Shown here piece after piece: positions 1 through 13,024 of a stretch of DNA of 64,000 nt. The DNA is from Lingula anatina (lineage: Eukaryota; Animalia; Brachiopoda), in NCBI GenBank assembly GCA_051362555.1, contig CM120641.1:17918001-17982000 (forward strand). Reading direction: 5' to 3'. The position numbers were made by a program, and so were the translations under genes. The notes under the pieces were generated by a model. The model had not been told where the DNA came from, made no database searches, and worked only from the letters and a program-made list of their open reading frames with translations. Within the stretch, counting starts at the first letter, position 1; each line of letters opens with the position of its first letter.

Positions 1-546
1 AACAGTTTCATTATTTAATTAATAAGATATGTAAAAGTGTTTGTTTGGCATTTCCTGCATCTTTACAACATTATTAGTTGATTATGTAAAAATGATGGTA
101 AACTTGTTATCGTGTATTGTGTAATAAAGTGTCAAAAATGGAAATAAACTCATAACATTGCAGTTTGTCAGATTCAATCATAAAATTTGATGTTGAATTT
201 GCAGTTTAACACTATAATGTACTTTTGCATCAGAATTGACAGTAGCCTATTATGTGCATAGTTATTTCCTGTTTTTTGTCTGTACATTTGACAGCTTTGC
301 TGCCTTGTTGATACTTACAATTTGCTCTTTTATCCATGCAGCGAGTGTGATTCATTAATTTATTAATGACTTTTAAATACACTTACATTTTTTCTAATAA
401 CACATGAACTGTTCATATGTCATATATATTGAGCCATACCATAACAAAATGTTTTTCTTCAGTTATTATTCATGTAAGTACCCTGTTTATAGGAGTTTTG
501 TTATTCATGTGAACTATGACATTCAGGTTGTATTGTTATTTTTTAG

Positions 547-745
547 TGATGAAGAATATGAAACCTCCAGAGAATATGATAGTGGAAGTTTGAGTAGCCA
601 GTCCTTGAAGGGAAAACCATTGAAAACATCAACCCAAAAACTATTTGAAACTGTGGATAAGTTACTGGAAGGCTCTGATCAAGAAAAGGAAAATGCTTAC
701 AACCTTCTAGCAGCAAAGAAAGACATTTTAACAGTATGTCATTGA
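547..745 (+). CDS. Probable terminal coding exon of a gene entering from the left (DEEYETSREY...LLAAKKDILTVCH*)
   Basis: Pyrimidine-rich acceptor (ttattttttag) ends at 546, followed by an open, protein-like frame to TGA at 745. The upstream part of the ORF-track call looks intronic. Product unknown. Confidence 0.55.
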
Positions 746-1457
746 TAGTTTAATATTTGGGCATGCAATTGAACAACATTTAACACTTGAAACAAGCTAG
801 CATTTAATTTTCTTTTTAATCAGTGATCAGATCAAATTTTACTAAAGCAACATGAATACTAGTAAAGTATTTTCTTATTTATTTATCGTTTATTATTTTT
901 TTAAATTTTTTCCATTACTTCAAATTTTCTGGTCTACTTGGCTGACCTAGAGTTGCATGAACACACAAAGTTTTCCTTTAGCTCTTTACAAAATTTTAAC
1001 AAAGTTAAGCCAAGCGCGTGGTACGGGGCGAGTTATTTTAAGAGATTTCTAAAGTGTATATGTGTACATACCGTATTACTTAACTGCCGTGCAACCTGGC
1101 CGCGCAGAAGTCTCCCATCTTTCAAACGTGTATTATTGCCTAAACAAAAATGATGGCAAGCAGGTAATGTTTGTATTACAAAACAGGCATGCTTTGTTTT
1201 AGATTTGAAATATTTATAAATGAATTCGCTATTCTGCGTTAATATTGCAAGAAACAGAAAAAGAGAATTTTTCTTGATGTCTCAGATCGGCGAGTGAAAG
1301 TTGTTTTCACGACACATCAATAATAAACATTGTGATATGTCATCATCGACATCAGTTAAGTTATTTACTTTGTAACTGTCCACCAGTTTTTCAGAATGCA
1401 AATGTTGATTAATTTCAAAAACACCACAAAATATAATTAAAATACAATTAAAGTTTG

Positions 1458-1700
1458 CAGGGGCGGATCCAGGATTATTTAAAGTTGGGGGAGGGGGGGC
1501 GCGGTTGGGAAGCCGATCCTCTTCCCCCCCCCCCCCCCCCATCCCCCGCTTTCTTGGCCGGGTGTTCGGGGCCTGCCGAAGAGCCCCGAATTTTTTTGGT
1601 ATTTTAGAGGGCGAACGGTACCATTTGGTACGGTTTAGATCTATGATTTCGATAGTCAAAATTATCATTTCAAGGGGGGACCATGGGTGTGATTTTTTTC
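1458..1700. mobile_element. Fragment of a non-autonomous DNA transposon (CAGGGGCGGATCCAG terminus, G/C runs)
   Basis: GC-rich island starting CAGGGGCGGATCCAGG with poly-G/poly-C tracts, a terminus type common in marine invertebrate MITEs. The right end was not found, so the end coordinate is approximate. Confidence 0.5.
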
Positions 1701-3934
1701 GGTTTGGATTTTTGTGAACTCAAAAACGCTCTTATGCAGTCACATTTCAAAGTACTTAAAAATGAAGAAAAATACTCTCTTAAAACTACATTATTTAGGC
1801 TCACATTATTCTTTGAAAATACTGGAAATTGGGGCTGCTCGGTGCGGCAAAATATATATCCATTTGCAAAAACCTGAAAAAAAAAACGCTAAAATGAAAA
1901 GATAAACGAACCTTCCAAGATATCAAAACTTCATTTCTTTTTGTCTTTCGGCAATCAAAGATAAATGTTGAATATTGCCCTCTCCGAGGCATTATCCACT
2001 ACATGATAAACCAGGGCTTTAAACTGTATGACATGTCATTGTGATAAGAGGCAACATATCATGAAACGGTTTCTTATCTTGATAACGCTACAACAGCTTA
2101 ATTTAGCCCAATTTTTGTTTGAACAGGGCCCACAGAACTGGAGTAGACCAAGAGTTGCTATATTCATCAGTCGCATTCGATGATGATTTTAAAAACTCTC
2201 AAATTACTGAAAAGTTATAGCTGCAGAATCGTCGAACAAATATAATACTACACGCGTCGATACTAACCCTCAGGCAACGGAGTCCAGAGAGCGCTCTGGA
2301 TCAGACTGAAGTGCTTCATTCAACTCATTTTCTCATCCTACAATAGGAGGATCATATTAAAGTAAAGCGCATCTTTACCCTTCAGCTTTTCCAATATGAA
2401 ATTTAAATGAAAGAAAGTTTCAGATTGGCGTGTAGACAATGTTTCCAAAAATTCATCAAACAATCGTCTTTCTATTTTATTCATTTAAGTTGAAATAAAA
2501 ATTAAGGAGATTAATCTTAAATATATGATAATAAATACGTTTCAGTTTGTTGTATCGTTTTGATTTTCGTAGATTTAAATAGGCATAATTACTTACCTAT
2601 TAGTTTCCGATTCAAAAATAACCTAATTTAGTAGATAGGTAGCAGATCTAGAATAAGAATCCTGTATCCTGAAATAGTGAGGACAGATAAATCGTACACT
2701 GCAATGATGAAAATATCTTTATGTACAAATTCACTATTATTAGAACTTGTCTCAGATCGGCGAGTGAAAAATTGTTTTCATGTTTTATCAATATCTAACA
2801 TAAGTGAAGTTCAGTTTTTTTTTAAGATGACGCATTGTTAGAGAAAAAAAAGTTAAGATAATGACACTGAGGCTGAATGGCAAAGAAATTTACGGCAAAA
2901 GGCACAGGGAACAATCAATTTTCGCAAAATAAAATAAAAAAACATTTCAATGCGCTTTCGAGAATTTTCACGTTATGCCATTTGTGTGAGGGCAATTTTA
3001 CATCCGCCCACAGCGATGTATTAAAATGTATTTATTAAATTTTGAAAATCGGTCGGCCCGTTTGAAATTTACTAGTCTCCTGCTGTTAAAAGCAGTTTGT
3101 GTCCGATTTTGAACAGTTAATAAAAATAAAAATTAATTCAAATGTTTTAAACATGGCGGAGTTAAGACACATAATGTTAATCAATCAGATATTGCCCCGT
3201 TCGCCTTTGACTTTGAAATAGTTTTTTAAAAAGCGATAACCAGAGCAACACTCACCTGGAGTTAGTGCCTCCACAGCTGTCTGAACAACTGGGCATGAAC
3301 GACTTATTTACCAAAATCTGTACCATATGCAGTGTACAGGGTACTCATTTAAACCGACTTTAACAACCAGCGACCCAAAGGTCTTCCACGTGGTGGCTTC
3401 CCGCTGAATTAACAACGTGCGTCCTATTTGTTGCACCTTTATTAACTGATAGGAATGTTTGCACAAACGCTGATATGAGACCTGGATCCATAGATCAGGG
3501 AGAATAATCGTCCTCCTATCAAAAATCCTACATGGCCCAAATGATTCATTCGATTAATAAGTGCATTAGGCCTGAACAGGCACGTTTTTACGTCTGATTT
3601 TAATATTACTAAATATTTTCTAACGTCGAGCACAGCCCGAGTTTCCCTATGAAGCAGACTCTTCATTCACATGTATTTGTACTGCTGTGAAATGACGCTA
3701 CACATTGCGCACTGATGGTGCAATCCGCTTCTTATTTTCAGCACAGGTTTTTATCTGCATATGGCCTAGATGTCATTCAATGCTACGTTTTTTAGAAGCT
3801 TGCAATGACCTATTTCATGAATGTATGTGTGGAGGACTTTGCAGATCAGTTAAACGGGCTTATCATTATTCTTTAAAGAAAAAATTCAGATTAGTAAACT
3901 GTGAATTGATTTGATTAAAAGAAGAAAGAGAGAC

Positions 3935-3938
<4 letters not shown>

Positions 3939-3974
<36 letters not shown>
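3939..3974. repeat. (GA)n microsatellite
   Basis: Direct reading. Confidence 0.95.
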
Positions 3975-3976
<2 letters not shown>

Positions 3977-4332
3977 AGATCTGCTAATAAAATAGACAAA
4001 ACAAAGGAAAATTTTTTAACAAAATATTTCTAGCTTTATTGAAACAAATACATTTCCAATGAATTATACTGGTTAACAATGTCACAAAATTGTTTTTCAC
4101 TTTATAACATTCAGAGATATGCTGGCGCATTTAAGACGCAGTCAAGTAAATCAACAACACGCGCTGATAACGATGGAATGAATAGCAAGCATACATAGAT
4201 ACAGGTTATATAAGATAAAATGCATATAAAAGCACGTTAACCGGCTCACATATTTATATTTAACATTTAACTTTTTAAATAGCTGACATTAGTTCAAAGA
4301 GACGGTCTAATTTTTTTTCATAGGAGGTATAA

Positions 4333-5151
4333 CTACAAATGTGTCAGTTTATACAGCTGTTCCAGTGCGTTTACACCGTAGCTCGACTGCAAGGTCTGAA
4401 TCCCCAAATCGGCTTCGCTTCTCCTTATTTTTCCTCTTCCAAGCCCAACCCGATTTTTCCACTCGTTTCCAGAAAAATGCAGAATTTCCAGTTTTAATAA
4501 AGAACGGACAGTAGTTGGTAAATAAGTCAGATTATTATCTTTAACGTCTAGTTCCAGAAGGCCAGATAAAAGTCCTATTTCTCTGGGAATAACGGAGAGA
4601 AGATTTCCTCCTAGTCGCAGCACCTGAAGGTTTTCTTGGAATCTCCCGGAAAACACGCTTGGCTGTATTTCTCGAATTACATTACAAGATGCATCTAATG
4701 TTTTCAAATTTCTGAGAAATCCAACAGCAACCGGTATCTTGAGTATCCTGTTCTTAGAGATATTCAGTTCTTCCAGTTGAGTTAAATATTGCACAGTCCC
4801 TGGCAGTTCTATCAACTTGTTGCTACTCACATCTAGGGTTATCAGGTTGGGTAAAAACTTAAATACCACGTCTGGTATCTTAGTAAATTTATTCCAGGAT
4901 AAATCAAGCGTTATCAAAAAGTGTAAATGAGATAGTTGAATAGGGACAGGGCCTTCCAGTCCACATTCACTGACATAAAGATGCTGAATATAAGGAATTT
5001 TCAGATAAATTTCATGAGGTATATGATGAAGTTTAATTCTGTTAAGAGATACACATTTCGTTCCTTGTGCTTGTTTCACTTTGGAATGGACAATTAGCTC
5101 CAGTTTGGATTTGCTTTTATCGAGCCTGTACGTCATATAATTCCTTTCCAT
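4333..5151 (-). CDS. Leucine-rich repeat protein, 272 aa, intronless CDS
   Basis: About 8 LxxLxLxxNxL repeats (LITLDLSWNKF, LITLDVSSNKL, LEELNISKNRI, LKTLDASCNVI, LQVLRLGGNLL, LLELDVKDNNL). AATAAA on the minus strand near 4035-4040. Confidence 0.9.
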   Translation of the reverse strand: MERNYMTYRLDKSKSKLELIVHSKVKQAQGTKCVSLNRIKLHHIPHEIYLKIPYIQHLYVSECGLEGPVPIQLSHLHFLITLDLSWNKFTKIPDVVFKFLPNLITLDVSSNKLIELPGTVQYLTQLEELNISKNRILKIPVAVGFLRNLKTLDASCNVIREIQPSVFSGRFQENLQVLRLGGNLLSVIPREIGLLSGLLELDVKDNNLTYLPTTVRSLLKLEILHFSGNEWKNRVGLGRGKIRRSEADLGIQTLQSSYGVNALEQLYKLTHL

Positions 5152-6022
5152 GTTAAAAAGTACAAGCTAATCACGGGCCTCTTGTGGCAGAAGCATTGAC
5201 ACTGACAGGTCATCACACCTAGGGCCTTGGAAAGCACCTCCTGTATGTGCTAACATAGGTCTGTTCGGCTAAAATTTGGGCTTATAGGCCTATAGCCTAC
5301 TCAGTAAACTGTCGGTTACTGCGGGGTAAGGCAGATAATAAAATTCTGAAAACATAAGACTGTTTAAACGGCTTGTGATCAATCCTCTGATCCTACTTGT
5401 TGCAGTCATCTCGAAGAAGAAGCACAGTTTCATTCTCAATTGCAGTGGTGTAGCCTACGTCTTTAAAAACGTGTTTAGGAGCGCCCACTAAAAGCGCCTA
5501 ACGCTTTGTAAGCGGACCAGACAAAGGCGGACTTGAACGAAACAAGGCCTTTGGGAGAAAATCAGTACCTTATTGTTCACGTTACGTGCAGTATACACCC
5601 CTCTCTCTCCTCAAAGCACGTTGGTTTTCATAATAATAATAATATCAGGCTATTTCACGTTGTTAATTACACATCGATTTAACTGTCATCCCGAGTCATA
5701 CTTCTTGTAACAGTTTACACTCTGCTAGCAACTTACTCTGTAGATGGCGCTGAAAGCGGAATAAACAATTGAATTCTTTATTGATAAATACCTTCACATA
5801 TAAGGTGCAATTATCAGATCATAGACTTTAAATCTAACATCATCAAATAAATTGATAAATAAATAGATAGATAGCTAAGATAGAGAAACATTTAGCTTGT
5901 GGTTCGTGCTGCCATCTTTCAATCAAAATTGTTTACATTGGTAACGACAAAGCAGGTGCTAATCTGACTTGAGGGCCGGGTAATTCGTGTGACTTTTTTC
6001 CCAATTTTCTGAATTATTTACA

Positions 6023-6925
6023 ATGAACGCGGAAGAGATTTCACTAAAGGATAAATTGAGGAGACACTACCATGATCGTGATCGATTTAAGTTGAAGCCA
6101 TCTTATTCAAACTACGCTGGAATGGCATACTTCTGGTTCATGAATATCACCGTTCTAATGACAAGCCATTTCATCGTCATCCCCGCTATTTTGGATGCAT
6201 CGCAAGTTATGCAAGGTATCATAATTGCCTGGGCGTTATTTACAGAGGTCACAATTAACTGGATTTTGGCTTCAAAGAAAAATGCATCCACAGTGACTCA
6301 GGAAATATCAGAAAAGCAACCTCAAACTTCGAACACCAGTTACAATAGTTTTGGATGGAAGAAATGCATTAAATGTCAGATGAATAGTCCACCCAGGGCT
6401 AATCACTGTTCTCTATGCGGAGCATGCATCCTTAAGCGAGACCTCCACTGCTTTGTGACTGGAAACTGTCTTGGTTTTCATAACCAAAGATATTTCATTG
6501 TTATGCTTTTCTATATCGTTGTTGGACTAACTTATGCAGGAGTGCTGAATGTATTATACATGAATAGCATCTATCCTATTGGATCAGAATTTGTGAATTA
6601 TATCCCATTTATAACCCCGTGGAAAGTTTACCAGGGAGAAGTGAATTTGCTCTTTGTTTGGTTGCTCTTCCTATTTTATTGCAGCATTTGTTCTGTTGGA
6701 GTTGCTGGGTTCTTTTTGCTTTGGGAAATCACTGTGGTATATCGTGGACAGACAACTGGAGAAGCATGGAAAAGAATCAGATTCTACAAGTCACCTCATG
6801 TTTTACAGCATATCCGCGTTGTGTTTGGACCTTATTGGATCCTGAATTTCATTATTCCTCTTCCCACCAGTCTTCCAGGGGATGGTTTACACTGGGAAAT
6901 TAACCCAAACCTTAAGGTGCATTGA
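6023..6925 (+). CDS. DHHC-family palmitoyltransferase (ZDHHC22/24-like), 300 aa, intronless, with DLHC variant motif
   Basis: Cys-rich domain CIKCQMNSPPRANHCSLCGACILKRDLHCFVTGNCLG, several TM helices, TTxE motif (GQTTGE) and a PaCCT-like tail (FGPYWILNFIIP...GDG). Confidence 0.9.
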   Translation: MNAEEISLKDKLRRHYHDRDRFKLKPSYSNYAGMAYFWFMNITVLMTSHFIVIPAILDASQVMQGIIIAWALFTEVTINWILASKKNASTVTQEISEKQPQTSNTSYNSFGWKKCIKCQMNSPPRANHCSLCGACILKRDLHCFVTGNCLGFHNQRYFIVMLFYIVVGLTYAGVLNVLYMNSIYPIGSEFVNYIPFITPWKVYQGEVNLLFVWLLFLFYCSICSVGVAGFFLLWEITVVYRGQTTGEAWKRIRFYKSPHVLQHIRVVFGPYWILNFIIPLPTSLPGDGLHWEINPNLKVH

Positions 6926-7889
6926 GTCATTCTATCTAAATAATCTGATGAACACGGGTGTGAATTATTTCTCTGCAAACTATGCTTTCCTTATTTATTT
7001 ATTATTATTATTACATCTATGTAGTTTTAAGCACCTAATACCATATTTGTGTGAGGAGCTGAAATTACAGTGTGCAATTTTGACAAGCAACAGTTACGAA
7101 ATAAGGTGGTGGACTTACTGTATATACATGTAAGTCACTGAATTTTCAGAAAGATGGGAGATCATTTTTGAATGGCGTCTATTATATCAATGACTCAGAT
7201 TTAAACATGAATAAGCAAAACTGATAAAATCATTGTGTCACATTGATATGCATTCAGCAAATGTGAGCTTCAAAAGTTTTCCCTAGTACATTCAAGTACA
7301 CTATATTGTTGTAGCTGGAGGAAATTTTGTATTTAAGGCAGTAAAATAAATAATAAGTAATACATAACTATATATTTGATAATTTGAGAAATAAATAAGT
7401 ATTTGTAGTACTAGTAGGTCTAACCTATTTTTTTTACATCATATCTAAGTACTTTTTCTAGTATTCCATTATTCTTTGTGTTAGTCCCTCATTGGCAATG
7501 TTTTCTTTTTTAACATTTTTAATTTTCTGTAAAGTGTAGATATATTTATCTAATCATTTTTGATATCAACAATTTACATAAGTGTGTGTCAAACTATATC
7601 AATTACATGTAGACCAACTTTACAGTGTAGTATTGCAAAAAAATTACACTAAGATTCATGCACTGTCATTTATAAATTTCAATATTTAGGCATTTTTCAT
7701 AATTAATTTACATACATAAAAACCTAAAATACTTTTTCAATACTTGATTTAAAATCTTTTTTTATCAGTCATAAATTTAATAGCTTGTACCCCATGGAAT
7801 CTACGTTTTGTCCAAAAAATTGATTTATGAATTTTCAATTAATAAACTGATATAAAAAACGTGAAAATTCTTATATGCACTATTTTAAG

Positions 7890-7894
<5 letters not shown>

Positions 7895-7966
<72 letters not shown>
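7895..7966. repeat. (CT)n microsatellite
   Basis: Direct reading. Confidence 0.95.
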
Positions 7967-7970
<4 letters not shown>

Positions 7971-8683
7971 TGAGTGATTGATTGAAATCACTTATCCTAC
8001 GATTATAGCGTCAATCAATTGTTAATGTTAACGATACTCTCTTACCCCTTTTATGGATTTTTCTTGACTTAGTCGCGGGTAAATGCGGGGTTGTCGACTA
8101 ATAGTACGCATATGCAAAGTTTACCCTAGATTTTCTATTGTAAATCCTCCTCTGCCATTAGGAGTAGCTAGGCTTTAAGTTTATCCAGCGATTTTTACTA
8201 AAATAGATCCAGATCTATTCAGCACCAGACAATGTCAGTTTTAAGATAACTGAAATAGATATTATTCGATCGTGATAATATCACCATAGCAATACTTATA
8301 GATCACATGTACGTTTGTTTTTAAAACAATATCGTTGACCACCCTGCATGGACCTTTTTTAATCTAATGCAATTGCCCAATCATAATACTGGTATAAAAT
8401 ACATGTACTTTTACTTTGTCATACACATTCTACTAGTTTTTCAATCTTTTCCAGTGAAAGCAGTGGACTGACTATGTAGATCGCCAATCAACAAAGACTT
8501 GGAGAAACGAGAATCTTTACCATTTGCACACTAGGACAGGGGTATCCTGGAACTTTGACTCTCGGTTGATTTCAAGAATGTCCGGGTCATATATTTCGTC
8601 AGCTTTTAAGTTTCAGTCTCTGACTGAAATTAACACAATTTTCCTTAGCAGCAAAATATTTTGTACTGCAGTTTCTGAAGTTC

Positions 8684-8851
8684 CAGGCCCGTAGCCAGGG
8701 GGGTTCGGGGGGTTCGAAAGAACCGCCCCTTTTGCTGGGAAAAGGTCCACTCTGAGTAAAATTTGATCTAGGTACATGAAGTTTTTATGGAAAAAGGTCC
8801 CCTTTTTTCAGAAAACGAACCCCCCTTTTGAAATTGCTGGCTACGGGCCTG
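8684..8851. mobile_element. MITE with 15-bp terminal inverted repeats CAGGCCCGTAGCCAG
   Basis: CAGGCCCGTAGCCAG at 8684 and CTGGCTACGGGCCTG ending at 8851. A second copy of the right end lies at about 10713-10751. No clear TSD. Confidence 0.75.
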
Positions 8852-9062
8852 TGAACAGACCTGTGAACGCTCTCGATCTCGTCGCGAGTCCCCCTGATTT
8901 GGGGACATATATCCCGATCGCCCTATTCAGACTAAAAATCTCCCGATCTATCAGACTCCTCTCTCTCTTTCCTTTCGTTAGGACGTGCGGTGACTTCATT
9001 CGCGAAAATGTGCAGTCACATGATAGGTTTAATTGATGGAGGGTAGTAATTGCAGTAAATAT

Positions 9063-9097
<35 letters not shown>

Positions 9098-10712
9098 TAT
9101 AACCACCTTTAAAAGATGGATGAAAAAAACGAATAAAATAAATAAGTTGAAATGAGTTGGAATAAAACGAAATACATAAAAATGACACAGCTTAGAAGAC
9201 AGTTAAAAAGATTTTAAAAGTAGTCCCACAAGCATGTATTCCTTAGATTGTCTGCCTTGATATCTGGGACTATTGACTTAAAAAAACTCTTTCAGTCCTG
9301 GTGGTTCCATTGACCCTTTACTAGCAGATTTCGTGTTGCTCAGACATAAAATTGGGTTTATACCATAGGAGATCAGCCTTTCTACACTGTAGCAGGGTTC
9401 CTATTCAAGAAGGAAATTCCAAAGACAAAACCACGTCGGGTCTTTGTGTGAGTAACATCCTGAACACTATGTATGTTAATGTCGTATTGGGACGAAACTT
9501 GTTCCGAAAAGAAACCGATACACCGATCATTTAAACCGCAGGCATTGTTTGTAAGTGCTTTTACAAGTAGACTTCCTCAGTTAACATTTAAATGAACGCC
9601 ACCTGACCTAGATGAGAAAGCGGACCTTCTCCCAAACTCCCCTGGCCACGTGCCTGCTTATCCACAATATTTTAAGTCTTTTGCCAAATTTCGGTAGCTG
9701 TGTGAACATCAAAGCAATAAATTAGTTGTGCATTATGGGTTCTTTACTGTAAATGACTTTGAGAAACGGTAAAAGTTGTGAAAGGAGTTCTAACACGTCT
9801 AAAGGTAAAATATAACTAGTATAATATGTATAGTCATTAAAAAACAGCGTGTATTCATTTTTTGTTTGTATGTGTGTGTTTCTTTTTTATATGTATTCGT
9901 GCGTGTGTGTCTGAGTGGGGCCACTGGCGGTTGTCAATGTTGACAGGTATAGTTTCATCGATAGCTGTTGAAAACAGAAAAAAAACTAGAACTCATCTCA
10001 TTTGAAGTTGAAAACTCATGCAAATGAACATGAACAATAATGTATAAACTTTATTGGAAATAATTATTTTTTTACTATCCTACAACTTGTGTAGAGGCGA
10101 TTGCAATTGACTATCACAGAGACTGCAATTTTCAAAACTGAAAACCTTCAAGAGAATGCAGGTATTTACCTGTTCTATAAGGCGTACGTTAGATTTTCAA
10201 AACTGGTAGACGTATAAATTGTCTCTGGTTATATTACAAGTGTGAGCATCAGGTGTCATTGAATACAGAAATAAATTTTTATTATTTAATCTTAGTCATT
10301 TTAATTTTATTGCGGAAAGACCAGTACCTCTTTCAAATACTTAAACACTAAATCATTAAAAACGCCTGAAAATAGACCTCCCTTTCAAACAAATTACGCT
10401 CGCAATGACAAAATTGCAACCGGATTTATTCCAAATGAGATGAATGGTGAAGGTAATAGTACACATGTAATGGAGGTCTATTATAAATACTAAAGAATAT
10501 ATACTTCAATAAAATGCCACAGCATAGATAAGATTTTAAATTTAAATTGTAATACATGGTTTAGTAGCGACCGGTGTTTGTCTGCCGTAATTTCATTTCC
10601 ATGTTTAATATGATAATTATCATGCGGTAATTTTTTAAGGAAATACACGTAGTTAAAACAATGCTACTTGTATCATTAAATATTCTAAGAAAGTGTCCTT
10701 TCAGAAAAAGAC

Positions 10713-10751
10713 ACCCCCCCCCCCCTTTTGAAATTGCTAGCTACGGGCCTG
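10713..10751. mobile_element. Truncated right end of the same MITE family
   Basis: cccccttttgaaattgctagctacgggcctg is nearly identical to 8821-8851. Confidence 0.7.
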
Positions 10752-12372
10752 TGTATCTAATCTCTTGCCAACTCGTCAGAAAAATCTCAAGAGGTCATTA
10801 ATGTACGATAGGGGAATGGCTAACATAGCTTCGCAGGTACCCTTTTTCTCCCTCAATTAGTAAATAAATTAACAAAGGAACTGTATGACAAATAAAACGA
10901 AGGACATCCAACATATATCCCAGTTTCTTATATATTAAAATGAAACTGTCCTCCTCTCCTACTTGTATGTGTACTCTAAATTTGCCGAGTTAAGCGATGC
11001 AAAACAATGAAACCTTAACCCCCCCCCCCCCCCCAAGCAAAATTTTGGATCCCTGAGTGACGCTAAACCTTCAAAAGTTCAAGATCGTAGCAACGAGAGC
11101 AGTCGAGGTCTTGCAAGCATTGTAGGATATACAAGACAAGTACGTTCATAAATTAAGAAATTCATTATATACGGTTTTGTTAAGTATGTTTTAGTAGCTA
11201 ATACATCAAGTATATTAACATAAGAGATGATTAGATGAATTAAAGTTATCCACGCTATAGCATTTTAGTATGGGCGGAGCAAAGAACACTTAATAGAAAG
11301 CTGCATATATTTTATTCGTCTACGACGCAGTTGCAATTATGACTTGCTGTCAAATAGATTTAAGAGAGATAACAATTTATTGTATGCACTTCATAGAAAG
11401 CTGTATATATTTTATTCGTGTAAGGCACAGGTGCAATTATGACTTGATGTCAAAAGGATTCAAGGGATTAATTTATTGTATTCAACAAACGCTATTTTTG
11501 AAAGCAAAAGTAAATTCTTTGTATAATTCAATATGCATCACAATACTGTTGAGGCGATTCAAGTATTGCGCAATATTAAATTTTAAATAAAAGTAATTTA
11601 TGTAGTGTTGTAAACTATACTCATTTAAAAGGTACCTCCACCCTTTTTTCTCTCCGTCTGCATCATTCAATACGTTTTCTCATAAAAATACTAGCAAACA
11701 ATTTCTTTTAAATAGTAAGCAGTCAAACAAGAACACCGGTATAATCAATTAATTTCCCCTCACGATAGCACTACGTGTTTTTAATTGTGGAAAGTTTATA
11801 TATTCAGATTTTCGTGTAAACAGTGTAATGAAGTGGTAAAAAAGTCCACGAAATCACACCTAAATGCATTATTGCGGTCAATTCGATGGGAGCAGTTTTC
11901 TGAAGTTGAGGTAAAAAACAAGGATTTTTTTTATCATTTAACCCCTTAATCTTTTCTTCACATCTGGGTGTGTACTCATTTTGAAAAAAGAACTTTTACC
12001 CATGTTAGTTACACTCAGATTTTGACCTTTCTTTGGTTATTTGAAATTGACTTAAGAGCAGAGCAATAGCACAAAAATACTATCTCGAAACGCTTTCTTT
12101 TTCCTATTCTGTTATTGGTTTTAAGAATTGCAATTATCCCAAACGTGTTGAATATCCTCTTCGTCTGTGCACCAGACCTTCCCAAGACTGAAACCCCATT
12201 GTCTACCCTCACATATATCAAAAGCTATTGAAAAAGAATGAAAAATGACCACAGGTAAGGAAATATTCTAAGAAACTTTTGTGAAAAAAAAACCTGGGTA
12301 GGTAATTGGTCCATTTAACCTTCAATAAAAATCTGAACGTTATCCTGTATTCACTGTGCATCCATTCTTCTT

Positions 12373-12437
12373 AATGTTAATTGATTACAATAATCATGAT
12401 TATTGTAATCAATTAACATTGATTACAATAATCATGA
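12373..12437. repeat. Perfect 48-bp palindrome plus adjacent direct duplication
   Basis: AATGTTAATTGATTACAATAATCA|TGATTATTGTAATCAATTAACATT at 12373-12420. TTGATTACAATAATCATGA occurs at both 12381 and 12419. Confidence 0.9.
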
Positions 12438-13024
12438 GCATATGCCATCAGGTTGCGTGAAAACATTTGTCACGTTTGTCACATTAAATTCTTCGAAGAA
12501 ATATCACCTGTGAGTTATTCCAATGTAATCCCATCAATTATTTTCGCCTGCCACACTTACGCATATGCCAAACCCACAATTCATAGGCATCCTTTTAAAG
12601 TGCATCCTATTATTTTAATATTTAGTTTCATGTGGCTTAATGATGTTTAATAAACCTTCAAGTGATACACTCTTGCCATCGAAGCAAAAGCCACACCTGT
12701 TTTGTGATGTTTAGGTAACGTGTAAGGTAAACTGGTTCAATAAACATCAGTAGAACTAATAAAAATGTATGTTAGGTGCGACATAAAATTAGGACTTGTT
12801 AATTAGATTCACTGCCATCTCTCCAAAATGTCATGTATTCTACCGACGTCAAACAATGACCACAACTTAATAACCTCGTTGAAAAACCACACGGTGTATG
12901 ACATCAAAAAAGAATGGAGAGGTTACATATAGTGAGCTATAACATCTAAGCATGTAGTATCTTTGTGTGACTGAGTGAAAAATGATTGATACTCCAAAGA
13001 GCTGAGCCAAGCGTCCGTGCCGAA

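Noticed and set aside
1282-1992. Cluster of short ORFs
   Set aside because: Products of G/C runs in a transposon fragment.
1278-2790. tgtctcagatcggcgagtgaaa repeated at about 1278 and 2748
   Set aside because: Short dispersed duplication; no evidence that it forms LTRs or a regular array.
11300-11470. ~80-bp tandem duplication and overlapping short ORFs
   Set aside because: Simple two-copy duplication, non-coding, not CRISPR-like.
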